From the NCBI GenBank assembly GCA_017635395.1, contig JAGBLN010000034.1:9743-73742 (forward strand): a DNA stretch of 64,000 bases, read 5' to 3'. Numbering within the stretch: position 1 is the first letter of the stretch; each line of letters starts with the position of its first letter. The notes under the pieces are model-generated. The model ran no database searches. It worked only from the letters and a program-made list of their open reading frames with translations, and was not told the origin of the DNA. Origin of the DNA: Lachnospiraceae bacterium. GTDB lineage: Bacteria; Bacillota; Clostridia; Lachnospirales; Lachnospiraceae. This document shows positions 19,163 to 28,577 of the stretch, in pieces. Position numbers and translations under genes: made by a program.

Positions 19163-20164
19163 ATGAATTATTCGGATGTGGGAATCGATCTGGGAACAGC
19201 CAGCATCCTTGTATACATAAAGGGAAAGGGCGTTGTACTGAAGGAGCCAAGCGTGGTTGCCTTCGACAGGGATACAAATAAGATAAAGGCTATAGGTGAA
19301 GATGCCCGCTTGATGATAGGTAGGACTCCGGGAAATATCGTGGCAGTCCGTCCTCTTAGGCAGGGTGTTATATCCAACTATACCGTTACAGAGCAGATGA
19401 TGAAGTACTTCATCGTTAAGGCTATGGGCAAGAAGACTTTCAGAAAGCCCAGGATAGCAGTCTGCGTTCCCAGCGGTGTTACGGAAGTTGAGAAGAAGGC
19501 TGTTGAGGATGCTACATATCAGGCAGGAGCAAGAGAGGTTGCTATTATTGAGGAGCCTATCGCTGCTGCTATTGGTGCTGGTATCGATATTTCAAAGCCT
19601 CAGGGTAATATGATCGTGGATATCGGCGGCGGTACTACCGACGTTGCTGTTATCTCTCTTGGCGGAACTGTTGAGAGTGCATCCATCAAGATCGCTGGTG
19701 ATGACTTCGACGAAGCTATAGTAAGATATATGCGTAACAAATATAACCTGCTGGTCGGTGACCGTACTGCAGAGGATATAAAGATCAATATCGGTACTGC
19801 TTTTAAGCGTGCCGAGGTTGATTACATGGATGTTAGAGGACGTAACCTGGTAACAGGTCTTCCTGAGACAATCCGTGTTTCTTCTGATGAGACACAGGAA
19901 GCTCTTAAGCAGACTACCAGCCAGATACTTGATACCATCTGCTCCGTTTTGGAGAAGACTCCTCCTGAACTTGCAGGTGATATTGTTGACCGCGGAATCG
20001 TGCTTACTGGTGGTGGTGCTATGCTCAGAGGTCTTGAAGAACTTATTGAGGAGCGTACTCACATTAACACCATGACTGCTGATGAGCCAATGACCTGTGT
20101 GGCTATCGGTACAGGAAGATATATAGAATTTTTGTCAGGCTATAACGAAGACGCAACTAACTGA
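19163..20164 (+). CDS. mbl: MreB-like actin homologue (Mbl)
   Basis: GIDLGTA, VDIGGGTTD, LTGGGA; position before two flagellar rod genes matches mbl-flhO-flhP order. Confidence 0.85.
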   Translation: MNYSDVGIDLGTASILVYIKGKGVVLKEPSVVAFDRDTNKIKAIGEDARLMIGRTPGNIVAVRPLRQGVISNYTVTEQMMKYFIVKAMGKKTFRKPRIAVCVPSGVTEVEKKAVEDATYQAGAREVAIIEEPIAAAIGAGIDISKPQGNMIVDIGGGTTDVAVISLGGTVESASIKIAGDDFDEAIVRYMRNKYNLLVGDRTAEDIKINIGTAFKRAEVDYMDVRGRNLVTGLPETIRVSSDETQEALKQTTSQILDTICSVLEKTPPELAGDIVDRGIVLTGGGAMLRGLEELIEERTHINTMTADEPMTCVAIGTGRYIEFLSGYNEDATN

Positions 20165-20170
20165 CGATAT
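20143..20170 (+). promoter_or_regulatory. Possible sigma-28 (SigD) promoter for the flagellar rod genes
   Basis: TAAC-N16-GACGATAT versus consensus TAAA-N15/16-GCCGATAT. Confidence 0.4.
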
Positions 20171-20276
20171 ATAAATTGATGGAGTGAGTATTAGCTTATC
20201 CATCTGTGATGTATCGGTGCAGGGAATGGCACTGTTAGCTGGCAGGGAAGCCTAAACACGAAAAGGGGAATATGCT

Positions 20277-21071
20277 GTGTTAAAAGGACTTTATACTGCC
20301 TATACAGGTATGATACAGGAACAGCAGCGTATGGATACGCTGACTAATAATCTTGCTAATTCGGACACGGTGGGATTCAAGAAAGAGGGTCTCACCAGTC
20401 AGTCCTTCGATTCCGTCTTTGTGGACAAGATAAAAGACGGTTCTGAATCTTATCACTATGGCAGACGCATTGGTACTGCCAATCCGGGAGTAAAAATCGG
20501 AGAAAGCTATGTAGACTGGTCGGAAGGCGCTTTTGAGGTCACCGACAATGAGGTTGATTTTGCCATAGGTGGCAAAGGCTTTTTTACAATTGAGTTCACA
20601 AATAAAGCCGGCGAGACCAAGACCATGTATACCAGGGACGGAAATTTCCAGGTTACTACAGACGGATACCTGGTAACTACGGACGGTGATTTTGTTTTAG
20701 GCAAAGGCGCAGGCGGCCAGGGCGAAAGGATTAAGCTGGATCCTACACAGAATTTCAGGGTTGATACGGAAGGCTATATTTACCAGAATGACCAGGTGGT
20801 GGGACAGATGCAGCTGACCGACTTTGCAGATTATAATTACCTTGAGCACTACGGTGAGAATTATTACTATCCGGTAGAGGGTGCTGAACTCCAGGATGCA
20901 ACCGGTGCTAAGATTTTCCAGGGATACCTTGAGTCATCCAATGTGGGTATAGTGTCGGAGATGGTGGAGATGATAAGCGTCTCCAGACAGTACGAAGCAA
21001 ATCAGAAGATAATTCAGACCTATGACAGGTCATTAGAGATTGCAGTAACACAGTTGGGCAGACTCAGCTGA
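20277..21071 (+). CDS. Flagellar basal-body rod protein (FlgF/FlhO-like)
   Basis: NNLANSDTVGFK, YTRDGNF, GYLESSNV; GTG start. Confidence 0.88.
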   Translation: MLKGLYTAYTGMIQEQQRMDTLTNNLANSDTVGFKKEGLTSQSFDSVFVDKIKDGSESYHYGRRIGTANPGVKIGESYVDWSEGAFEVTDNEVDFAIGGKGFFTIEFTNKAGETKTMYTRDGNFQVTTDGYLVTTDGDFVLGKGAGGQGERIKLDPTQNFRVDTEGYIYQNDQVVGQMQLTDFADYNYLEHYGENYYYPVEGAELQDATGAKIFQGYLESSNVGIVSEMVEMISVSRQYEANQKIIQTYDRSLEIAVTQLGRLS

Positions 21072-21151
21072 TGATTGAGCGGAAGTGGTTCGGGAGTACA
21101 TAATTAACAGTCATAAGATAGCGGAGCTTATACTCGGAATGGAGGGTTAGT

Positions 21152-21967
21152 ATGGTAAGATCATTATGGTCAGCAGCAACAGGAATGCTTGCACAGCAGA
21201 CAGCCGTGGATACGATATCCAACAATATAGCAAATGTAAATACAACAGGCTACAAGACTAGCCAGAATGAGTTTAAGTCTCTGCTTTATCAGGAGCTGCA
21301 GACCAAGACTACTACGGCTAACGGCGATACAAAGCCTATTGATTCGCAGGTAGGTTTGGGTGTCAGAAGCTCGTCCATAACTACAATATTCAGGCAGGGC
21401 GCGTTCTTAGAGTCATCCAATAACTTTGCTTTTGCGATACAGGGTGATGGTTTGTTTGCGGTAAAGACCCCTGACGGCGGTACTGCTTATACAAGAAACG
21501 GCAACTTCAATGTGTCAATCGGAAAAGATGGACTGACACTTACAAATGCGGACGGAAATCCCGTACTTGATACTAATGGGAAGCCTATAGTGTTTGATAA
21601 AAATATGACAGCCAGCAACATAACAGTTACATCAGACGGTGAGTTCTGTTATCCGGATGATAAGGGCAATGCAAAGTCCCTTGGAATAAGGATAGGCGTA
21701 TGGCAGTTCAACAATCCTTCAGGACTTGAGAAGAAGGACAGTTCCCTTTACTTAGAGACTGCAGCCAGCGGTGTTCCCTTGAATGAGAGCACATCAAATA
21801 ACCTTAAGAAGAGCACTGTCGCACAGGGCTACTTGGAAAATTCAAATGTACAGCTGGCAGACGAAATGGTAAACCTGATAATCGCTCAGAGGGCATACGA
21901 GGCAAATTCCAGGGCAATCACTACTACCGATACGATGATGCAGCAGGCTAACCAGCTTAGGTCATGA
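21152..21967 (+). CDS. flgG: Flagellar basal-body rod protein FlgG
   Basis: SNNIANVNTTGYK, YTRNGNF, EMVNLIIAQRAYEANS. Confidence 0.88.
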   Translation: MVRSLWSAATGMLAQQTAVDTISNNIANVNTTGYKTSQNEFKSLLYQELQTKTTTANGDTKPIDSQVGLGVRSSSITTIFRQGAFLESSNNFAFAIQGDGLFAVKTPDGGTAYTRNGNFNVSIGKDGLTLTNADGNPVLDTNGKPIVFDKNMTASNITVTSDGEFCYPDDKGNAKSLGIRIGVWQFNNPSGLEKKDSSLYLETAASGVPLNESTSNNLKKSTVAQGYLENSNVQLADEMVNLIIAQRAYEANSRAITTTDTMMQQANQLRS

Positions 21968-21984
21968 TGATATCTGAATAAAAG

Positions 21985-22446
21985 GTGGATGGAATGGATA
22001 TAGGAAACATATCAAATCTTACGGATTATACATCATCATTGGCATCAGCATCTTCTGCTCAGAAGAAGGCTGAATCTGCAAATGCGGCCCAGACTGATGA
22101 GGAGATGCTTTCTGCGTGCAAAGAATTTGAATCCTATCTCTGGGAACAGGTCCTTAAGAGCATGAAGTCGGCCTCGGAAGTTTTTAATTCTGAAGAGGAT
22201 GACCAGAAAGTAAGCTATTTCAAGGAAACTGCAATGGCTGACATTGCAAAGCAGATTACGGATCAGAACCTGGGCTCGAATTCACTGGCTATGCAGATGT
22301 ATGAGCAGATGAAGAGAAATCAGGGAATAACGGCAGATGAGCTTGAGGCCAGGCTGGCAGGAGAGGGCAGTGCGGAAAATACTGCTCCGACTGATGATGC
22401 CATGGCGGCAGCGGTTTCATCAGTGATAAAGGATGAAACAGAATAA
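21985..22446 (+). CDS. FlgJ N-terminal-like rod-binding protein
   Basis: ACKEFESYLWEQVLKSM...LAMQMYEQM; follows flgG. Confidence 0.75.
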   Translation: MDGMDIGNISNLTDYTSSLASASSAQKKAESANAAQTDEEMLSACKEFESYLWEQVLKSMKSASEVFNSEEDDQKVSYFKETAMADIAKQITDQNLGSNSLAMQMYEQMKRNQGITADELEARLAGEGSAENTAPTDDAMAAAVSSVIKDETE

Positions 22447-22608
22447 GCCTTATTTATGGGCTTGTCCTGTGATCATAAAAATTTGTCATTTTCATATCTT
22501 TTTATTCTGTTTTGCAGATTTTTGCAGACTGTTCGGGATTGAGCAATCCGGATTTTTTTTCAGTTCAAAAGATAAGGACAGCATAGCTGTTCTATATGGA
22601 GTATAACA

Positions 22609-24843
22609 ATGGAAATAGTGTCGGGATACATAGACCATATTACGTTTCAGAATGAAGAAAACGGCTACACGGTCATGAAGGTTATGACTGAAAAGGGCGG
22701 AGTTGTCTGCGTGGGCGCAGCGGGAGGCTTTGGTGAAGGCGAGACTGTTGAGGTTGAGGGTGAATACATTGAGCATCCGACATACGGCAAGCAGTTAAGG
22801 ATTTCCACGGTAAGGCCGGTGGCACCTACGGATAAGGTGTCTGTATTAAGGTATCTCGGGTCAGGCGCGATAAAGGGCGTTGGACCGAAACTGGCAGAAC
22901 GCATAGTTGAACGCTTTGGCGATGATACCATGCGGGTGATGGAAGAGGAGCCGGAGCGCCTTGCGGAGATAAAGGGCATAAGCGGGAGGATGGCCAGGGC
23001 AATAACTGACCAGATGCTAGAAAAAAAGGGACAGCGAGCCCTATTGATATTTGTGCAGCAGTACGGGCTCAGCAGGAACCTTACATTAAAACTTATAGAA
23101 CGCTATGGTGACGAGATTTATTCCGTGCTAAAGAGCAATCCTTATAGGATGGTGGAGGAAATCCCTTCTGTAGGGTTCAAAACTGCTGATGATATAGCTG
23201 CTAAGTCAGGCATAGTTGCCGACAGTGAGTACCGTGTACGTTCCTGCATAGTATATGTGCTGAAGCTTTTTGCTGCTGAGGGACATTGCTATGTTCCGAA
23301 GGCTGAAGTGATAGAGGAAACCATAAAGCTGCTTGGCCTTGAGACCGGCAGCGGATCTGCAGTAATGGAAGACTGCATACGCAGCCTTTCAGCCGACCGC
23401 CAGATAGTTATGCGGGATGATGAAAACGGCGGGACTAATATTTATCTTGAGTATTATGACCGAATTGAGAAGGCCTGTGCAAGACAGCTATGGGAACTGA
23501 AAAATGGATTTGAATCAATGGGCAGGTATGCAGGCTTATCTGTCAGGGCTGAAGAAGAAGGCATAGAACTGGACGGCCTACAGAAAAAAGCGGTTGAGGA
23601 ATGCCTTAAGAACGGTGTATTCATACTTTCCGGAGGTCCCGGAACCGGAAAGACCACAACTATAAATACCATAATAGCTGAGCTTGAGGATGCAGGCGAG
23701 AATTTTGTGCTGGCTGCACCTACAGGAAGGGCTGCGAAGCGCATGACTGAAGCTACTTCTTTTGAGGCACAGACGATACACCGCCTGCTGGAGATAAGCG
23801 GTGAAGTTGCGGACGGGGACAGCCGGACTATTTTTGCCAGGAACCGTGAGAATCCACTGGAGACGGATACTGTCATTGTGGATGAGGCCAGCATGCTGGA
23901 CATATGCCTTCTCAAATCCCTTCTGGATGCTATGGTGCCGGGGATGCGCCTTATCCTGGTGGGGGATGTGGACCAGCTGCCAAGTGTTGGGCCGGGACAG
24001 GTTCTCCGGGATGTAATGGAAAGCGGCGCATTTGCCTGCGTTAAACTTGATCGTGTATTCAGGCAGGCCGGGGAGAGCCATATAGTTTCCTACGCGCATA
24101 TGATAAATGAGGGGAAGCACATGGACCTGTCAGTCAAGTATCCTGATTTCTTCCTGCTGGAAAAAGAGACAATAAAGCTTGTTCACGGCTATCTTGCCGC
24201 GCTCTGCATGGATGTTATTCCTAGAAAACTGGGATTGGGCGGAAATGATGTGCAGATCCTGACACCAATGCGTAAAGGTCCGCTGGGAGTAGAAGGGCTT
24301 AACCGCATGCTGCAGGAACAGCTTAATCCACCTAAGCCGTTCCTGGAAGAGGTTATTTATGGCGATACGGTCTTCCGTGAGGGGGACAAGGTCATGCAGA
24401 TAAGGAATGACTATAACCTGGAGTGGGAAATCAGGGGGGACTATGATGTGAGCCTTAAGGAAGGCAAGGGCATTTTTAATGGCGATGTGGGTGTCGTAAA
24501 GAACATCAATAAGGAATACAGGATAGTTGAAGTGCTTTTTGATGACGGAAGGCTTGTCTATTATCCTGTCGATAAGCTGGAGGAACTGGAACTGTCCTAT
24601 GCCGTCACAATACATAAGTCCCAGGGAAGTGAATATCCTGTTGTCATACTTCCGATACTGGACGGACCTAAGATGCTTTTTAACAGGAATCTGTTATATA
24701 CAGCCGTTACCAGGGCAAAGCAGTGCGTGATAATCGTCGGCAGCGGGCAAAAGGTGATGGAGATGATCGATACGGATTCGGAGCTTCATAGGTATACGTC
24801 GCTTAGGCAGAGGTTAATTGAAACTGAGGAGATATTTGGATGA
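22609..24843 (+). CDS. recD2: RecD2-family ATP-dependent DNA helicase
   Basis: HhH IKGVGPK, GGPGTGKTT, APTGRAAKR, DEASM, GDVDQLPSVG, TIHKSQGSEY, LYTAVTRAK. Confidence 0.92.
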   Translation: MEIVSGYIDHITFQNEENGYTVMKVMTEKGGVVCVGAAGGFGEGETVEVEGEYIEHPTYGKQLRISTVRPVAPTDKVSVLRYLGSGAIKGVGPKLAERIVERFGDDTMRVMEEEPERLAEIKGISGRMARAITDQMLEKKGQRALLIFVQQYGLSRNLTLKLIERYGDEIYSVLKSNPYRMVEEIPSVGFKTADDIAAKSGIVADSEYRVRSCIVYVLKLFAAEGHCYVPKAEVIEETIKLLGLETGSGSAVMEDCIRSLSADRQIVMRDDENGGTNIYLEYYDRIEKACARQLWELKNGFESMGRYAGLSVRAEEEGIELDGLQKKAVEECLKNGVFILSGGPGTGKTTTINTIIAELEDAGENFVLAAPTGRAAKRMTEATSFEAQTIHRLLEISGEVADGDSRTIFARNRENPLETDTVIVDEASMLDICLLKSLLDAMVPGMRLILVGDVDQLPSVGPGQVLRDVMESGAFACVKLDRVFRQAGESHIVSYAHMINEGKHMDLSVKYPDFFLLEKETIKLVHGYLAALCMDVIPRKLGLGGNDVQILTPMRKGPLGVEGLNRMLQEQLNPPKPFLEEVIYGDTVFREGDKVMQIRNDYNLEWEIRGDYDVSLKEGKGIFNGDVGVVKNINKEYRIVEVLFDDGRLVYYPVDKLEELELSYAVTIHKSQGSEYPVVILPILDGPKMLFNRNLLYTAVTRAKQCVIIVGSGQKVMEMIDTDSELHRYTSLRQRLIETEEIFG

Positions 24844-25622
24844 AAATGATGCCTGCGGGTCTTTCAGGCAGGGCTTATGCCGCTGTCAGGACAAAAGAAT
24901 GTCTTGACCGTGTATTTAAGGAACTGACAGACCTGGTTTATCCAAGGCGCTGCCCCATCTGTGACAGGGTCCTGAACCGTGATGAACAGAAAAAACTTAT
25001 CTGTCTTGAATGTGAAAACAAGCCGGTTTACATTCATTCCCCATACTGTTTTAAGTGCGGAAAACAGTTGAGTGATCCAAGTGAGGAATATTGTACGGAT
25101 TGCAAAAAAAGGAACCATAGCTTTGTCAGGGGTGTGGCACTGTACGATTATTCGTCCGTAAGGATGTCTGTGTATAGGTTTAAATACTCAGGCAGGGCAG
25201 AATATGCGGAGTTTTACGGCCGGGAGATATCGGCTACGTTCACTGGGCTTTTCAGGAAGTGGGAGATAGAGGCTATTGTGCCTGTCCCTATGTATTCAGG
25301 CAAGGAGCGGATGCGCGGTTACAACCAGGCAGAAAAGCTTGCGAAGAGCATAGGCCATGAAATCGGGATACCGGTATATTCAGACCTGGTTAAAAGGAGG
25401 AAGAATACGAAGCCGATGAAAATGCTGGGAGTCGGCGAAAGGGCGGCTAATTTGAAAAATGCTTTTATTATGGCCTCAAATGATGTAAAATTTAACAAAG
25501 TACTTCTTGTGGATGACATATTCACCACAGGGGCTACAATAGATGCGGTGGCTGATGCCTTGATGGATGCCGGGGTAAGTTATGTCTACTATGTGACGCT
25601 GTCAATAGGGACGGGCTGCTAG
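24840..25622 (+). CDS. comF: ComF family protein (double zinc ribbon plus PRTase)
   Basis: CPIC, CLEC, CFKC, CTDC; RGYNQA; LLVDDIFTTGAT. Confidence 0.9.
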   Translation: MKMMPAGLSGRAYAAVRTKECLDRVFKELTDLVYPRRCPICDRVLNRDEQKKLICLECENKPVYIHSPYCFKCGKQLSDPSEEYCTDCKKRNHSFVRGVALYDYSSVRMSVYRFKYSGRAEYAEFYGREISATFTGLFRKWEIEAIVPVPMYSGKERMRGYNQAEKLAKSIGHEIGIPVYSDLVKRRKNTKPMKMLGVGERAANLKNAFIMASNDVKFNKVLLVDDIFTTGATIDAVADALMDAGVSYVYYVTLSIGTGC

Positions 25623-25652
25623 CAGTTTATACGAAATGGAGGTTTCGGGGTT

Positions 25653-26060
25653 ATGGAAGTTAAGAATTGCAGGAAATGCGGCAAGATGTTTAATTATATG
25701 GGCGGACAGCAGGTTTGTCCGGCATGCAAGGAACTAGCAGAGAAGAAATTCCAGGAAGTAAAGGAATATGTTCGTGAGCACAAAACTGCTTCCATCAGCG
25801 AGATATGTAATGACTGCGGGGTGGAGAACAAGCAGATTCAGCAGTGGGTTCGTGAAGAACGCCTGATATTCTCGGATGATTCACCGGTTAAGTTAAGCTG
25901 TGAACTCTGCGGCGCCCAGATAAAGACTGGCCGTTACTGTGATAAATGCAAGAAGGAGACTGCGAATAACATCAGTGCAGCTGGCAGACGTCCGGAAGCG
26001 CCTGTGTCGCGTGAGAAAAAGGATTCATCAAGCCATAAGATGCATACCTTTCACAACTGA
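25653..26060 (+). CDS. YvyF-like flagellar operon zinc-finger protein
   Basis: NCRKCGKMF, CPAC, WVREERL, CELCG...GRYCDKC; follows comF. Confidence 0.8.
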   Translation: MEVKNCRKCGKMFNYMGGQQVCPACKELAEKKFQEVKEYVREHKTASISEICNDCGVENKQIQQWVREERLIFSDDSPVKLSCELCGAQIKTGRYCDKCKKETANNISAAGRRPEAPVSREKKDSSSHKMHTFHN

Positions 26061-26069
26061 TAGGAACAG

Positions 26070-26510
26070 ATGCTAAACGAATCAAGAATAAAACTCATGA
26101 CGAGAATGGCTTCCTACGAGAAGGAAGAAGGAAAGCGCAATATGCGTATCGGAACTTATTTCCGTGGTGATTACATTGCCAAGGAAGTCATGAAGTCTAT
26201 CGTGTATGGAACCATTGCATACGGAATCATGGTGGGCATGTATCTTGCCTATGATTTTGAAGTGCTTATGGAAGAAATTTACAGCATGGACCTTCTTACT
26301 TTCGGAAAAGTTATTCTGGAAAGATATCTTATTCTGATCGCTGTATATTCCGTTATAACATACATTGTATATGCGCTGCGGCACAGGGCTGCCCGCCGCA
26401 AGCTTCGCATTTACTATAATAATCTCCGCAGGCTCAGCTCTATGTACAAGAAGGAAGAGAGCGAGGCTGGGGATACTGAGCCCATGTCCAGAAGGGAACG
26501 GGCAAAATAA
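26070..26510 (+). CDS. Hypothetical two-TM membrane protein
   Basis: MLNESRIKLMTRMASYE...YFRGDYI; two hydrophobic segments. Confidence 0.7.
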   Translation: MLNESRIKLMTRMASYEKEEGKRNMRIGTYFRGDYIAKEVMKSIVYGTIAYGIMVGMYLAYDFEVLMEEIYSMDLLTFGKVILERYLILIAVYSVITYIVYALRHRAARRKLRIYYNNLRRLSSMYKKEESEAGDTEPMSRRERAK

Positions 26511-26525
26511 CGACTGAGCAGGTTT

Positions 26526-27674
26526 TTGACTATGGTATTTTTACTTCAGGCGAGGGAGAGGATCCTTCAGTTTTATTCCAAATATGATAATTTTTGCAGA
26601 CCGGCGCTTAAATTTCTGCTGGCGCTGGTTACCCTTATACTCATAAACAGTTCCATAGGGTATTCAAGAAGTCTGACGAATTTTGCGGTTACGCTGGTGC
26701 TGGCACTGGTGTGCTCATTTCTGCCTATAAATGTAATCGTTGTAATGGCTGCTGGAATTGTGCTGCTTCATCTTTATGCGCTTTCGCTTGAAAGCGTGAT
26801 AATAATAGCGGCCCTGTTCCTTGTGATGTTCCTGCTCTATTTCAGGTTTACGCCAAGGGATGCAGTTCTATTGCTCTTGACGCCTATGTCATTCAAGCTG
26901 GGGATTCCTTATGTGGTTCCCATTGCAGCCGGGCTATTAGGCACTCCTGCGTCTATCGTTTCTGCAGGCTGTGGCGTGGTGGTATATTTCATGCTTTCAT
27001 ATATATCCGGAAGCGCTGCTAAGACTGCCGGTGACGGCGTGGATGCAGAGCTTATAAATAAATTCAGGTATCTGCTTGATGACATGATGTTCAACAAGCA
27101 GATGATACTTTATATTGCGGCATTCGGAGTAACCATACTATGTGTTTATTTTATCCGGAGGCTGTCAAAAGACCATTCATGGACCATTGCCATCAGCGCA
27201 GGTGCTTTACTTGACATCCTTGTTATGGTGGTTGGTGCGTTATATTTCAAGCTGTCGGTATCCATAGGAGGCCTGATCCTGGGATCCATGGTGGCTGTTG
27301 GCGTGGCCTTTGTGATCAAGTTCTTTGTATTTAATGTGGACTACAGCCGCACAGAGAGAGTACAGTTTGAGGATGATGAGTATTATTATTATGTAAAGGC
27401 AATACCTAAGAATACAGTAAAGGTTAATGACCGCAAGGTAAAGAAGATCAACGGTACTGCTGATCCTGCAAAAAAAAGCAGGGAAGGCAGAAGGGAGAAG
27501 GATCCTGAAAGACGGAGGCCAAGTAAGGATGAGCCGGTAAAGGAGAAAAAGGATGCTCCTGAGTACCGTATGCACAGGGCGCTTACCGAGAGGGATGCAC
27601 AGGCGTCGTCATTGGAAAGAGATACTGCAGCAAAGGCAAGAGCAAATAGAGAACGCAGAAGGAACAGCCAATAA
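26526..27674 (+). CDS. Polytopic membrane protein with charged C-terminal tail
   Basis: Many TM segments; DYSRTERVQFEDDEYYYYVKAIPK; start TTG 26526 or ATG 26532. Confidence 0.75.
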   Translation: MTMVFLLQARERILQFYSKYDNFCRPALKFLLALVTLILINSSIGYSRSLTNFAVTLVLALVCSFLPINVIVVMAAGIVLLHLYALSLESVIIIAALFLVMFLLYFRFTPRDAVLLLLTPMSFKLGIPYVVPIAAGLLGTPASIVSAGCGVVVYFMLSYISGSAAKTAGDGVDAELINKFRYLLDDMMFNKQMILYIAAFGVTILCVYFIRRLSKDHSWTIAISAGALLDILVMVVGALYFKLSVSIGGLILGSMVAVGVAFVIKFFVFNVDYSRTERVQFEDDEYYYYVKAIPKNTVKVNDRKVKKINGTADPAKKSREGRREKDPERRRPSKDEPVKEKKDAPEYRMHRALTERDAQASSLERDTAAKARANRERRRNSQ

Positions 27675-27677
27675 AGG

Positions 27678-28577
27678 ATGCTCACACAGCTTACTTCATT
27701 TATTGAAAAGTATATATCGAGTTTCCGGGTTCCCACTATACGCATATCCGATGTTATAGAGATCGTGATATTATCTGTAGTGGTTTATTACATTATGGCT
27801 TGGATGAGAAAAACCAAGGCGTGGTCCCTTCTTAAGGGACTTCTTGTTATTCTGGCTTTTTTCCTTGTGGCAGCCATGTTCAATATGTCGACTATCCTTT
27901 TCATTGCTGAACGAAGCCTTTATGTGGCAGCGGTAGCAATGGTTGTGATCCTGCAGCCTGAACTGCGGCGTGCCCTTGAACAGCTGGGAAGCAATAAGAT
28001 TTTTTCAAACATGTCCCTTCTTGATAGTGATAAATATTCAAACGCATATTCCGCACATACGATAGATGAGATTGTAAAGGCTTCTTTTTCAATGGGACGC
28101 GTAAAGACAGGTGCGCTTATGGTGTTTGAAAGGCTGCAGACGCTTTCTGAATATGAGAAAACAGGAATTAATATAGATGCCTCTGTTTCAAGTCAGCTGC
28201 TAATAAATATTTTTGAGCATAATACACCGCTGCATGACGGAGCGGTTATATTCAGGGGCGACAGGGTAATGTCAGCAACCTGCTATCTGCCACTGTCGGA
28301 AAATCCTAATTTAAGTAAGGCTCTGGGAACAAGGCACCGTGCAGGTGTAGGTATTTCAGAAGTTACTGATGCACTGGTAGTAATAGTTTCCGAAGAAAGT
28401 GGAAAAGTCAGTGTCGCATGCGGCGGCGAATTATATAATGGATTAAACCAGGAAGGCCTCAGGGAAAAGCTTGAGCTTTTAAGAGAAGCTGATGGCGAAG
28501 AAAACAGGAGAGGCCGCAGACTACATCAGAGAGGAGGACGGGGCGATAAAAAAGTTTCTAAAGAAAATAACGAATAA
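27678..28577 (+). CDS. cdaA: Diadenylate cyclase CdaA
   Basis: N-terminal TMs, LQPELRRALEQLG, PLHDGAV, GTRHRA, VSEESG. Confidence 0.93.
   Translation: MLTQLTSFIEKYISSFRVPTIRISDVIEIVILSVVVYYIMAWMRKTKAWSLLKGLLVILAFFLVAAMFNMSTILFIAERSLYVAAVAMVVILQPELRRALEQLGSNKIFSNMSLLDSDKYSNAYSAHTIDEIVKASFSMGRVKTGALMVFERLQTLSEYEKTGINIDASVSSQLLINIFEHNTPLHDGAVIFRGDRVMSATCYLPLSENPNLSKALGTRHRAGVGISEVTDALVVIVSEESGKVSVACGGELYNGLNQEGLREKLELLREADGEENRRGRRLHQRGGRGDKKVSKENNE

Noticed and set aside
22447-22608. Hairpin GGATT/AATCC and a TTTGCAGA repeat before recD2
   Set aside because: Short and compatible with chance or a weak terminator
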